Shown here piece by piece: positions 53,438 through 62,379 of a DNA stretch of 64,000 nt; within the stretch, counting starts at the first letter, position 1, and each line of letters begins with the position of its first letter. Under the pieces are notes generated by a model. The model was not told where the DNA came from. It made no database searches and was given only the letters and a program-made list of their open reading frames with translations. This DNA is from Candidatus Woesebacteria bacterium GW2011_GWB1_39_12 (GTDB taxonomy: Bacteria > Patescibacteriota > Microgenomatia > UBA8517). The position numbers were made by a program, and so were the translations under genes. The DNA lies in the NCBI GenBank assembly GCA_000993405.1, contig LBWB01000005.1, positions 3,698 to 67,697 on the forward strand. Reading direction: 5' to 3'.

Positions 53438-54454
53438 ATGGAACTTCCAAAATTGTCGGACTTAGATGTTTCTGGAAAAAGAGTAATCGTTAGGATGGAT
53501 TTGGATGTGGATGATGACTACACAAGGCTGGAATTTGCGGAAGAAACGCTTGATTATCTGGTAAAAAAGATGGCCAGACTCATAATAATCGGCCATAAGG
53601 GTAGGCCCGAAGGAGAGAAGTTACCCGAATTGTCGCTTGCGTCGCTTGCAGATGTTCTCGGGGGAGTTGTGGGTGAGAAAGTTAATTTTTTCCATGACAC
53701 TGTTGGGTACGAAGTTGAGAAAAGAGCAAAAATGTTGGGGGAAGGCGAGATTTTACTTCTAGAAAATTTGAGATTTGAAGCTGGTGAGGAAAAAAATGAT
53801 GACGCCTTTTCCAAAAACTTAGCTTCAATTGGCGAGATTTATATCAACGAAGCATTTGCTGTGTCACACCGCGAACATGCTTCAATTGTAGGTCTTCCGA
53901 AACTATTACCTCATGCTTCCGGTTTTCGTTTCGAGAAAGAGGTGGAAAACTTAAACAAAGTTTTGGAAAATCCCAAAAGGCCAGTTGTTTTGGTTATTGG
54001 TGGAATCAAAGAAGATAAAGTCGAGTATATAAAAAGCTTCATTAAAATTGCCGATAAAATACTTGTTGGGGGGAGGCTTCCGATATTATTTGGCGAGGAA
54101 AATCCTGACCCAAGTAAAGTCATTATGGGTCAGCTTATTCCCGATAAAGAAGATATAACGATTCATACAATAGAGCGCTTTAAGGAAGAAATTGCAAAAG
54201 CCGGGACAATAGTTGTTGCCGGGGTTCAGGGTAAATACGAAGACGAAGGTCATCGTCAAGGAACACTGGAAGTATTTAATGCAATCGTAGTATCTTCAGC
54301 GTTTAAAGTTGCGGGAGGAGGAGACGCCGAAGCAGCGATAACTGAATTTGGACTGAATGACAAGTTTGACTGGATTTCGGTTGGCGGCGGCGCAATGCTT
54401 GAGTACCTTGTTCAGGGAACTCTACCGGGTATAGACGCTCTTCTTAATAGATAA
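53438..54454 (+). CDS. pgk: Phosphoglycerate kinase (short form)
   Basis: 338 aa. DLDVSGKRVIVRMDLDV, LLLENLRFEAGEEKNDDAFSKNLASIGEIYINEAFAVSHREHASIVGLP, VLVIGGIKEDKVEYI, GGGDAEAAI, ISVGGGAMLEYLVQGTLPGIDAL. Confidence 0.85.
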   Translation: MELPKLSDLDVSGKRVIVRMDLDVDDDYTRLEFAEETLDYLVKKMARLIIIGHKGRPEGEKLPELSLASLADVLGGVVGEKVNFFHDTVGYEVEKRAKMLGEGEILLLENLRFEAGEEKNDDAFSKNLASIGEIYINEAFAVSHREHASIVGLPKLLPHASGFRFEKEVENLNKVLENPKRPVVLVIGGIKEDKVEYIKSFIKIADKILVGGRLPILFGEENPDPSKVIMGQLIPDKEDITIHTIERFKEEIAKAGTIVVAGVQGKYEDEGHRQGTLEVFNAIVVSSAFKVAGGGDAEAAITEFGLNDKFDWISVGGGAMLEYLVQGTLPGIDALLNR

Positions 54455-54477
54455 AGACTGTTTTGTTTTTAAAGGAT

Positions 54478-54501
54478 GTAAGAGTAACAGTAAGAGTGAG
54501 A
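54478..54501. repeat. Degenerate hexamer tandem array (taagag taacag taagag tgagag) immediately upstream of the 54504 start codon
   Basis: Read directly. Confidence 0.7.
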
Positions 54502-54503
54502 GT

Positions 54504-54854
54504 ATGTTTAGATTTCAAACATTGGAGGTTTGGAAAAAGGCTGTGGACTTTGCTGATTTAATGATTGAAATTGCGGATGCATTACCTCAAAAATATCAGT
54601 TTTCATTTGGTGACCAATTAAGACGTGCCGGATTATCTGTGCCTAATAATATAGCAGAAGGGAATGGAAGGAAATTTAAAAAAGAAGCAAGCCATTTGTA
54701 TAATATTTCTAAGGGATCACTTTATGAATGTATAAATATATTGGTAATTTTAAACAAAAGAAATCTCATTAATTGGAAGAAATTTAATCGTGAATATATC
54801 TATAAACTTGCAGAAGAAATTGCGAAGATGCTAACAGGTTTAATGAAAAAATAG
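54504..54854 (+). CDS. Four-helix-bundle protein (the family often found in 23S rRNA intervening sequences)
   Basis: 116 aa. FRFQTLEVWKKAVDF...QFSFGDQLRRAGLSVPNNIAEGNGRKFKKEASHLYNISKGSLYEC matches the TIGR02436-type 'four helix bundle protein' signature. Inserted between pgk and gap. Confidence 0.8.
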   Translation: MFRFQTLEVWKKAVDFADLMIEIADALPQKYQFSFGDQLRRAGLSVPNNIAEGNGRKFKKEASHLYNISKGSLYECINILVILNKRNLINWKKFNREYIYKLAEEIAKMLTGLMKK

Positions 54855-54894
54855 GTTGTAATTTTTTATATTTACTCTTACACTTACTATTAGT

Positions 54895-56001
54895 ATGGTC
54901 AAGGTGGGAATAAATGGTTTTGGGAGAATCGGAAGGATTGCCTTCAGAATTGCGCTCCTTAAGCACACTTCAGAAGTGGAGGTTGCCGTAATTAATACCT
55001 CCGGATCGATGGAGGTGGATGGTTGGGCACATTTAACAAACTTCGATACTATGTATCGAAGATTCGAGTTCAAAGTGCAAAGTGAAAAGGTCAAAGATGC
55101 GAAGGAAACTACGGATGAGGATCCATTAATCGGTTATCTGTTAGTCGGCGAAAAAAATATAAAAGTTCCCATTTTGGCTCAAAAGGATCCAGCCAAGATT
55201 CCTTGGGGAAAGTATGGAGCTGATGTTGTAATTGAATCAACCGGGAAGTTTACGACAGAAGAAGATGCCAAAAAGCATGCAGTTGGCGGAGCAAAAAGAG
55301 TTGTAATTTCGGCTCCTGCAAAGGGAGGAAATGTTGGAACATACGTTATCGGGGTTAACGAGTACAAAGGCGAAGCTGAGGTTATAAATAATGCTTCCTG
55401 TACGACAAATTGTGTTGCGCCGGTTGCTGCAGTAATGCATTCTGCTTTTGGAATCGAAAAGGCAGCCATGACTACATCTCACTCTTATACCGACGATCAA
55501 AACTTACAGGACGGTTCGAGCCACGATCTAAGAAGGGCTAGGGCTGCAGCTATGAACATAGTTCCAACTACAACCGGGGCGGCTGTTGCAACAACTGAAA
55601 CAATACCTGAACTTAAAGGAATTTTCGATGGGATGGCACTCCGGGTTCCCACCGCAACAGGTTCGATAACGGATTTTGCATTTGTAGTTAAGAAAAACGT
55701 GACCGTAGAAGAAGTAAATAATGCTTTTAAAAAAGCAAGCGAGAACGCTATTTATAAAGGAATTTTGGCTGTAACCGACGAACCGCTTGTGTCCTCTGAC
55801 ATCATTGGTCGTGATGAATCTGCAATTGTCGATCTTTCTCTTACTCAAGTTGTCGGCGGAAACTTGGTTAAAGTTTTTGCTTGGTATGACAACGAGTGGG
55901 GGTATGCGAATAGACTCATTGAACAGGTAATTAGAGTAGGGCAAAGGTTGGATAGTAATAAAGCTCCAAGTGATCCAATAACACTTTCGTTTAAACAGTA
56001 A
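54895..56001 (+). CDS. gap: Glyceraldehyde-3-phosphate dehydrogenase
   Basis: 368 aa. MVKVGINGFGRIGRIAFR, SCTTNCVAP (catalytic Cys), WYDNEWGY. Confidence 0.9.
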   Translation: MVKVGINGFGRIGRIAFRIALLKHTSEVEVAVINTSGSMEVDGWAHLTNFDTMYRRFEFKVQSEKVKDAKETTDEDPLIGYLLVGEKNIKVPILAQKDPAKIPWGKYGADVVIESTGKFTTEEDAKKHAVGGAKRVVISAPAKGGNVGTYVIGVNEYKGEAEVINNASCTTNCVAPVAAVMHSAFGIEKAAMTTSHSYTDDQNLQDGSSHDLRRARAAAMNIVPTTTGAAVATTETIPELKGIFDGMALRVPTATGSITDFAFVVKKNVTVEEVNNAFKKASENAIYKGILAVTDEPLVSSDIIGRDESAIVDLSLTQVVGGNLVKVFAWYDNEWGYANRLIEQVIRVGQRLDSNKAPSDPITLSFKQ

Positions 56002-56019
56002 AGATTGGAGGCGAGGTAA

Positions 56020-56262
56020 ATGAAAATAAATCAGGAAAATAACATCTTAAAAAATTTATCAGGTTATGGCAAATTATCAGTTATTTTAGGAATAATATCT
56101 ATTATTTCAATTCAAACTGTATTTATTACTACTGCAATTATAGTTGGACTTTTGACGTTCTTTTATTCTAGAAAGACGGGAAATAAAAGTGCTGCAAAAT
56201 GGGGGATAGCGGGCGCGATATTAGGATTAATAGGTCTCCTGTGGGGACTTGCTCCTATATAA
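56020..56262 (+). CDS. Small membrane protein, hypothetical
   Basis: 80 aa, two TM helices. Confidence 0.5.
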   Translation: MKINQENNILKNLSGYGKLSVILGIISIISIQTVFITTAIIVGLLTFFYSRKTGNKSAAKWGIAGAILGLIGLLWGLAPI

Positions 56263-56275
56263 TAATTATAAGTTT

Positions 56276-56755
56276 ATGGCGGTTTTTACTCCCAAAGGTA
56301 GAAACGATTCGCACATTTTTGACTATTCGGAAATTACCAACCAAATCATTATTGGTTCTGATTTATGTAAAGGTGGAGTGTGTCTTATCCATGGAGAGGA
56401 ATTTAAAAGATTGGGGGTTCAGATAGAAATAAATTTGAGTCAGGAAAATAATGAATTGCCTCCGAAAGATATAGAAACTTATCTTTGGATCCCAGTTGTG
56501 GATGGATATTCTCCTACGGTTGGACAGCTGGAAATTGGAACATGTTTAATGGATACCGCAATTTCCCAGGGTAAAAAAGTTTTTGTTCATTGTAAAAACG
56601 GACATGCCAGAAGCCCCACCTTGGTTGCAGCTTATCTGATAAAACATCAAGGGATGAGTGTTGAAGACGCACTAAAACTGATTAACGAAAAACGTCCCGA
56701 GTCGCACATCGAAAAATCCCAAAGGAAAGTTCTGGAAGAATTTGCAGCAAAATGA
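56276..56755 (+). CDS. Dual-specificity (Cys-based) protein phosphatase
   Basis: ORF 56249..56755 begins at TTG. ATG at 56276. VFVHCKNGHARSPTLVAAYLI is the HCxxGxxRS/T catalytic loop. Confidence 0.75.
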   Translation: MAVFTPKGRNDSHIFDYSEITNQIIIGSDLCKGGVCLIHGEEFKRLGVQIEINLSQENNELPPKDIETYLWIPVVDGYSPTVGQLEIGTCLMDTAISQGKKVFVHCKNGHARSPTLVAAYLIKHQGMSVEDALKLINEKRPESHIEKSQRKVLEEFAAK

Positions 56756-57408
56756 TACAAATTATTCCCTCTATTCTGACAAACAACCCGAACGAATTAC
56801 AGGAAAAGCTTACCCTTTGTGAAGGTCTGGTAGAGAGAGTTTCAATCGATATTATTGACGGGAAGTTTGCAGACAATAAAACAATTGACCCCATCATATT
56901 ATTTGATCTGGATACAAGTTTGAAAATCGACTACCAACTAATGGTTTATGAACCCGTTAATTGGATTGAAAGGTGCGTAAGAGGTCAAGCAGATAGGATA
57001 ATAGGACACATTGAGCAGATGAGCGATCAGGTTGAATTTGTAGGTAAGGTTCAGGAGGTTGGTTTATCTATTGGACTTGCGCTTGATATTGAGACGAGTG
57101 TTGCAAAGATTGACCCGACAATTCTAACTAATCTTGATGTTGTCTTGGTGATGAGTGTAAAAGCGGGCTTTGGGGGTCAGGAATTTGACAAACGAGCTAT
57201 TAACAAAATAAGAGAGCTTGACGAGATACGCGCGAGGGATGATTCGCCCTATAGAATTCAAGACGACGGTGGTATAACTTTGGAAAGTATTTATAATGTG
57301 CATAAGATTGGAGTCGATGAAGTTTCAATTGGCAGAAAACTGTTTGATGGAGATTTAGCAAAAAATCTGGCTAAATTTCAGAAAGCAGCACACAATATAA
57401 AGCAATAG
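56752..57408 (+). CDS. rpe: Ribulose-phosphate 3-epimerase
   Basis: 218 aa. IIPSILT...IDIIDGKF, VLVMSVKAGFGGQEF, DDGGI are RPE TIM-barrel signatures. Confidence 0.75.
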   Translation: MIQIIPSILTNNPNELQEKLTLCEGLVERVSIDIIDGKFADNKTIDPIILFDLDTSLKIDYQLMVYEPVNWIERCVRGQADRIIGHIEQMSDQVEFVGKVQEVGLSIGLALDIETSVAKIDPTILTNLDVVLVMSVKAGFGGQEFDKRAINKIRELDEIRARDDSPYRIQDDGGITLESIYNVHKIGVDEVSIGRKLFDGDLAKNLAKFQKAAHNIKQ

Positions 57409-57476
57409 CTATATAGTTAAATGGTTAAATAGTTTTTTAGCCATTCAGCTATATAACAATTTAACTATTTTTTATT

Positions 57477-58106
57477 ATGGATGATCATCTACCAAAGCCA
57501 CTAATAAAAAATATTGCTTTTTTTGGTGATTCACACATTCCTGAGGAGAATCCTGTCTATGAGGACGCATATGAAATCGCCAAAACGTTGGCAGAAGAAG
57601 GGTTTACTATTGTCGATGGAGGAGGGCCGGGTGTAATGGACGCTGCAACGAAGGGAGCGGAAGCAGCTAATGGTGAAACTATTGCGGTTACCTTTTATCC
57701 AAAAGATGCCCCCGGTTTTGAGGGAAGGTACGTAGGTAATATTGTCGATAAAGAAATAAAAACAACAAATTATATTGATAGGATGTTTAAGCTTATGGAA
57801 CATGCCGATCTCTATATAATTTTTAAGGGAGGATCAGGTACTATAAGTGAGTTTGGGACGGCTTGGGTTTTGGCAAAACTTTATTATGGACATCATAAAC
57901 CCTTCATTCTTTATGGAAATTTTTGGCACGAAGTTATATCAGTCATTAAAAAAAATATGTTAATAGATGAAACCGAGCTGGGCGTATTTCGTATAGTAAG
58001 TAAAAAAGAGGATATTGTCCCAGCAATAAAGTTGTTCGAAGAAGAGATGAAAAAGGTAAAACACGAGCACGAAAAGAACCACGAAGGCAAGGCATATATG
58101 AAATAA
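57477..58106 (+). CDS. LOG-family (TIGR00730) Rossmann-fold nucleotide-binding protein
   Basis: 209 aa. IAFFGDSH...DGGGPGVMDAATKGA...GGSGTISEF. Confidence 0.75.
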   Translation: MDDHLPKPLIKNIAFFGDSHIPEENPVYEDAYEIAKTLAEEGFTIVDGGGPGVMDAATKGAEAANGETIAVTFYPKDAPGFEGRYVGNIVDKEIKTTNYIDRMFKLMEHADLYIIFKGGSGTISEFGTAWVLAKLYYGHHKPFILYGNFWHEVISVIKKNMLIDETELGVFRIVSKKEDIVPAIKLFEEEMKKVKHEHEKNHEGKAYMK

Positions 58107-58958
58107 ATGGATTATTCGATTGAAGAACTTCAAACAAAAGCTAACGACATAAGACAAGACATTATAAAAATGCTTCTTGAGGCAGGGAGCGGGCATTCTG
58201 CGGGACCTCTGGGAATGGCGGATGTTTTTACCGCTTTGTATTTCGGGGGAGTAATGGACTACGACCCTAAAAATCCGAAATGGGAAGAGCGCGACAGATT
58301 AATTCTTTCAAATGGTCATATCTGTCCGGTTTTGTATGCAACACTAGCTCACGCAGGATATTTTCCACATGAGGAATTGATGACTTTAAGGAAACTAGGG
58401 AGCCGACTTCAGGGACATCCGGAAAGAGAAAGATTGCCGGGAATTGAAACAACATCAGGTCCTCTTGGATCGGGGTTGGCCCAAGCTTCGGGTTATGCAT
58501 ACGCTTCTCGGATGGATTCTAAAAAGTTCAGAGTTTTTTGCTTAACAAGCGACGCAGAACATCAGGAAGGTAATCACTGGGAGGCAGTAGCTTTTGCCGG
58601 GAAATATAATCTGTCGAATTTAACTGCTTTCGTTGACAGAAACAATATTCAGATATCGGGTTTTACCGAAGATGTAATGCCGCTTGAGCCTTTGAAAGCA
58701 AAATATGAAGCCTTTAACTGGAACGTTTTAGAAGTTGACGGACACAATATTGAGGCGATTATTGACGCCGTTAATATGGCAAAAGCAATAGCCGAAAACC
58801 CGACTGTAATAATCTGCCACACGATTCCCGGAAAAGGAGTTGATTTTATGGAAGGAAAGTGGGAATGGCATGGTAAGGCACCGAATCCTGAAGAAGCTAA
58901 AAAAGCATTAAACGAATTAAGAACTTTGCAAGGAAAGATTAAAAGTGAACATGAATAA
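58107..58958 (+). CDS. tktA: Transketolase, N-terminal subunit (split tkt)
   Basis: 283 aa. GSGHSAGPLGMADVFTALYF (TPP-binding), SNGHICPVLYA, TTSGPLGSGLAQASG, DAEHQEGNHWEA. Confidence 0.85.
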   Translation: MDYSIEELQTKANDIRQDIIKMLLEAGSGHSAGPLGMADVFTALYFGGVMDYDPKNPKWEERDRLILSNGHICPVLYATLAHAGYFPHEELMTLRKLGSRLQGHPERERLPGIETTSGPLGSGLAQASGYAYASRMDSKKFRVFCLTSDAEHQEGNHWEAVAFAGKYNLSNLTAFVDRNNIQISGFTEDVMPLEPLKAKYEAFNWNVLEVDGHNIEAIIDAVNMAKAIAENPTVIICHTIPGKGVDFMEGKWEWHGKAPNPEEAKKALNELRTLQGKIKSEHE

Positions 58959-58963
58959 TTTTA

Positions 58964-58992
58964 GGCACTAGGCATTAGCGACTAGGCACTAG
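58964..58992. repeat. Degenerate heptamer tandem array (ggcacta ggcatta gcgacta ggcacta)
   Basis: Read directly. Lies in the intergenic region between the two tkt subunit genes. Confidence 0.75.
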
Positions 58993-59035
58993 TTAAAAAT
59001 GCTAAGGTCAAAATTGCGTTGTTGATTAAAATTGT

Positions 59036-59290
59036 ATGTTTAAGGCTAAAGCGTTTGTAGTAATTCAAATTCTATTATTATCATTTTCAATTATTGGATT
59101 GTTAATGTGGGATTTTGGTTTTTTTGAAGGGATGTTTGGTTGCTTCTATTGTCCCCCTGGGGCGCGATGTATTTTCGGCGTAAATATAATTTGTTCAGTT
59201 GTTGGTAAGTTTATTTTTATTATATTTGGAGCTTTATGGGTTATTTATTCAATCATATATTTAAGCAAACAATCTATTCATAGAGAATAG
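59036..59290 (+). CDS. Small Cys-containing membrane protein inserted between the split transketolase genes
   Basis: 84 aa, 3 TM helices. CFYCPPGARC. Confidence 0.45.
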   Translation: MFKAKAFVVIQILLLSFSIIGLLMWDFGFFEGMFGCFYCPPGARCIFGVNIICSVVGKFIFIIFGALWVIYSIIYLSKQSIHRE

Positions 59291-59301
59291 TAATAATATA
59301 T

Positions 59302-60363
59302 TTGAATATGCTTAACAAGGAGCTAAAGTTATCAGACAAGATTTTTTCTAAAGAAATTGATAAGGTTCCGACGAGGAATGGGTACGGAGAGGGGTTAGTG
59401 GAGGCAGGAGAGAAAGATGAGAGAGTTGTGGTTTTGAGCGCTGATGTTGGGGAATCGACACGAGCATTTTACTTCAAGGAGAAATTTCCTGAAAGATATA
59501 TCGAAGTTGGTGTTGCCGAGCAGGCAATGGCAACAATCGCTGGCGGAATGGTAAATTACGGCAAAATTCCCTTTATTTCTTCCTACGCGACCTTTTCTCC
59601 CGGAAGGAATTGGGAACAAATAAGAACAACAATTGCCTTAAATGACGTACCGGTAAAGATTGCAGGAGCTCATGCGGGTATCTCCGTTGGCCCTGACGGA
59701 GCAACACACCAGGCACTTGAAGACATTGCAATTATGCGGGCAATGCCGAATATGATTGTTATTGCTCCTTGTGATTCCATTGAAACAAAAAAAGCTACTA
59801 TTGAAGCCGCAAAAAACGGAAAACCGACATATATTCGTTTCGCCCGAGAAGCGACACCTGTTTTTACTACCGAAGACACACCTTTTGAGATAGGGAAGGC
59901 GCTCATCCTGTGGGACTCGCTTAAAATTTCCAATTTCCAAATTCCAATTTCCAATGAAATTCAAAATTCAAAATTCAAAATTCAAAATTCTTGCGCAATC
60001 ATTGCTTGTGGTCCTCTGGTTTACGAAGCGCTACTTGCGGCCAAGGAACTGGAAGAGCAAGAGATTGGCGCGATTGTAGTTAATTGTCATACGATTAAAC
60101 CTATTGATGAAGAAACAATAATTTCAGCTGCCAAAAAATGCGGCGCGGTTGTTACAGTTGAGGAACATCAGGTAATCGGAGGCTTAGGAGGAGCTGTTGC
60201 GGAAGTTTTAGCTAGAAATTATCCGACCCCCATGGAATTTATCGGCATGCCTGACTCTTTTGGTGAATCAGGTGACCCAGACGAACTTTTAGAGAAGTAT
60301 GGAATGAAGTCAAAAGACATAGTCGAGGCAGTAAAGAAAGTTATAAGAAGAAAACAAAATTAA
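59302..60363 (+). CDS. tktB: Transketolase, C-terminal subunit (split tkt) with an in-frame low-complexity insertion
   Basis: 353 aa. Pyrimidine-binding and C-terminal domains (GEGLVEAGEKDERVVVLSADVGEST, ISVGPDGATHQALEDIAIMRAMPNM). The insertion SLKISNFQIPISNEIQNSKFKIQNS is encoded by the heptamer repeats at 59924-59990. Confidence 0.85.
   Translation: MNMLNKELKLSDKIFSKEIDKVPTRNGYGEGLVEAGEKDERVVVLSADVGESTRAFYFKEKFPERYIEVGVAEQAMATIAGGMVNYGKIPFISSYATFSPGRNWEQIRTTIALNDVPVKIAGAHAGISVGPDGATHQALEDIAIMRAMPNMIVIAPCDSIETKKATIEAAKNGKPTYIRFAREATPVFTTEDTPFEIGKALILWDSLKISNFQIPISNEIQNSKFKIQNSCAIIACGPLVYEALLAAKELEEQEIGAIVVNCHTIKPIDEETIISAAKKCGAVVTVEEHQVIGGLGGAVAEVLARNYPTPMEFIGMPDSFGESGDPDELLEKYGMKSKDIVEAVKKVIRRKQN
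59924..59990. repeat. Heptamer tandem repeats (aatttcc x4 then aattcaa x3-4) inside the tkt C-subunit CDS
   Basis: Read directly. 63-67 nt; the reading frame is preserved. Confidence 0.8.
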
Positions 60364-61319
60364 TTTGATAACTTGACTTCTGTTTTTCTTTTTTTCAGCC
60401 ACCTTCTAAGAAATATATATATAGCCAGGACTGGAACCCAGATGACTGTGTAGACTCCGACCCATATCGCAAAAGTTGCGATATTTCTTAAGAACCCAAT
60501 GAGAGATCGCACTGCCAGTTTAAAGATTACGCCAGGCCTGAAGGTCTCGCTTGGTTGGTATGGAAGCGCAATTTCATCGGTTGAAATATAAATTGTAAGT
60601 TTTGCAAGCTCGGCGTTTTTCTCCAAAGCATCTTGCTGACCTTTTAATGTATCAATTTGATTTTGGTAAGAAAGAACTTGCTGTGTCAGATTGGTAATAT
60701 CAGTTATTTGGGTTGCTTGATCAAGAATAGTCTCTAATCTCGCTTTTGTTCGTTCAATCTGGGCAATGCGGGTATCGATATCGATATATTGATCCGTAAC
60801 GTCGTGCCCCACTAAATTTTCCGAAACAACCTTTACGGACAACGAATGGAAATATTTCAGCGAGTCTTCCAAGTCTCTCGATGGAACTCTCACAATAACC
60901 GTAGCAGTGGGCGCGTCCTGAGGATTGGAAACATTTGAAGAAACCATATAACCACCTTTTTGTTGAGCATAGGAAACGATTTTATTTCGGACATCGGTAA
61001 CATCCTTCACAAGAAGTGAAAGACTTGACTCTTGTACGACAAGTCTGTCTTTAACGTCGGGTTGTGGTGCATAGTCTTGTTGATACTGTGGCATAAGAGA
61101 AGGCGACGAGATTCCTGCTGCAGGAGCGTCGAAAGAGCCACCGGGTGAAATACCAACAGTACCACCACTTCCGTATTGACTTTTGGATGTATTTGGAATG
61201 TCCAATGAAAGAATATTTACGCCAAAAAAGACTTTAAATAAGTTTAAAAGAAGATAGACAACAACAAGGAGAGCAATGGTCAAAAACCTATTTCGCTTTA
61301 CCCACTCAACTACTTTCAT
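60360..61319 (-). CDS. DUF4349-like membrane protein (N-terminal TM, coiled coil, C-terminal TM)
   Basis: 319 aa. The architecture and coiled-coil centre (QYIDIDTRIAQIERTKARLETILDQA...) fit DUF4349. Confidence 0.5.
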   Translation of the reverse strand: MKVVEWVKRNRFLTIALLVVVYLLLNLFKVFFGVNILSLDIPNTSKSQYGSGGTVGISPGGSFDAPAAGISSPSLMPQYQQDYAPQPDVKDRLVVQESSLSLLVKDVTDVRNKIVSYAQQKGGYMVSSNVSNPQDAPTATVIVRVPSRDLEDSLKYFHSLSVKVVSENLVGHDVTDQYIDIDTRIAQIERTKARLETILDQATQITDITNLTQQVLSYQNQIDTLKGQQDALEKNAELAKLTIYISTDEIALPYQPSETFRPGVIFKLAVRSLIGFLRNIATFAIWVGVYTVIWVPVLAIYIFLRRWLKKRKTEVKLSN

Positions 61320-61416
61320 TAGTTAGATTATGGATCTTTGAGAAGATGTGTGTCAATGATTTAAGTAATCCTAATCAGTAAATTCAAAAGCTATAGCCCT
61401 GAGTCAAATCGAAAGG

Positions 61417-62349
61417 TTATAACCCTGAGCCTAGTCGAAGGGTGGAGAGGATTTGATTAAAAATTTCTTCATTTTTTATATTAGGCGTATTCGGACCAAG
61501 ATTATATAAAGTAAACCTGTAAGTATTAGAATTGTTATATAGAAAAATATGTCGGCCGAAATCCATACAACATCCGCCATAGGTTTGAAAAGCAGGTTTT
61601 CCGGCAATTAATATTTGCTTTTCGAATTTGTAATCATCACTGGTTTTTTGAGTACATTGGGTGGGTGTTTGTGAACTACATGAATTCATGAATGATTGAA
61701 ATGTTTCTAATGCGTCATCTTCAGTTATTACGAGAGAATTGTTTTTTTCAACCTTGATCCAAATAATTCCTGGACTTGTAGTGCTGTCAGCACTGACATC
61801 TGGAGGTAAAAATGACACAAAATCGTAAGATATACTATTACTTTCTTTGAACGTCCACGAAGACGGATATTTTACTTCATAGGTATATTTTGCATTTTTG
61901 TAGGTTTTCCAATCTTCCGGAATAATATTATCCGAATTACTTGATTGATTACCCTCAATTTCCAGAAGTTTTTGTTCTTCTTCTGAGAGTGGTTGGATGA
62001 ACTCTTTATTGTCTTTTGTAACACATACCGCGGGATAGCTTTCGCGGATAATACTCCCTTTGGTTTTTGTGCAGTCTTCAAAATTTTGCGGGATTTTTGG
62101 TTTGTTAACCTTTTGGTAGGCAATGAAAAAGGCGGCGCCAAAAAGAAAAATCATTAGGAATGTCGATAAGCCCATGGAGACAACCGGCGAAGTAAATATT
62201 TTTACAAACCAATCAGAACTTTTCTTACTACCGGTGATCGTCAGATCTTCCTGCAAGATGACATCGTTTAGGTCCTGACTCTTATTTTGTGTGGGGGGGG
62301 GCATAAGTTTCTTGATTCTCATTATCATATAAAAGATTAAGAGTTTCAA
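61417..62349 (-). CDS. Membrane-anchored extracytoplasmic hypothetical protein
   Basis: 310 aa. TM FLMIFLFGAAFFIAY. Confidence 0.5.
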   Translation of the reverse strand: MKLLIFYMIMRIKKLMPPPTQNKSQDLNDVILQEDLTITGSKKSSDWFVKIFTSPVVSMGLSTFLMIFLFGAAFFIAYQKVNKPKIPQNFEDCTKTKGSIIRESYPAVCVTKDNKEFIQPLSEEEQKLLEIEGNQSSNSDNIIPEDWKTYKNAKYTYEVKYPSSWTFKESNSISYDFVSFLPPDVSADSTTSPGIIWIKVEKNNSLVITEDDALETFQSFMNSCSSQTPTQCTQKTSDDYKFEKQILIAGKPAFQTYGGCCMDFGRHIFLYNNSNTYRFTLYNLGPNTPNIKNEEIFNQILSTLRLGSGL

Positions 62350-62379
62350 CGCGAGTAGAGTTTATGGTAAATTGGAAGT

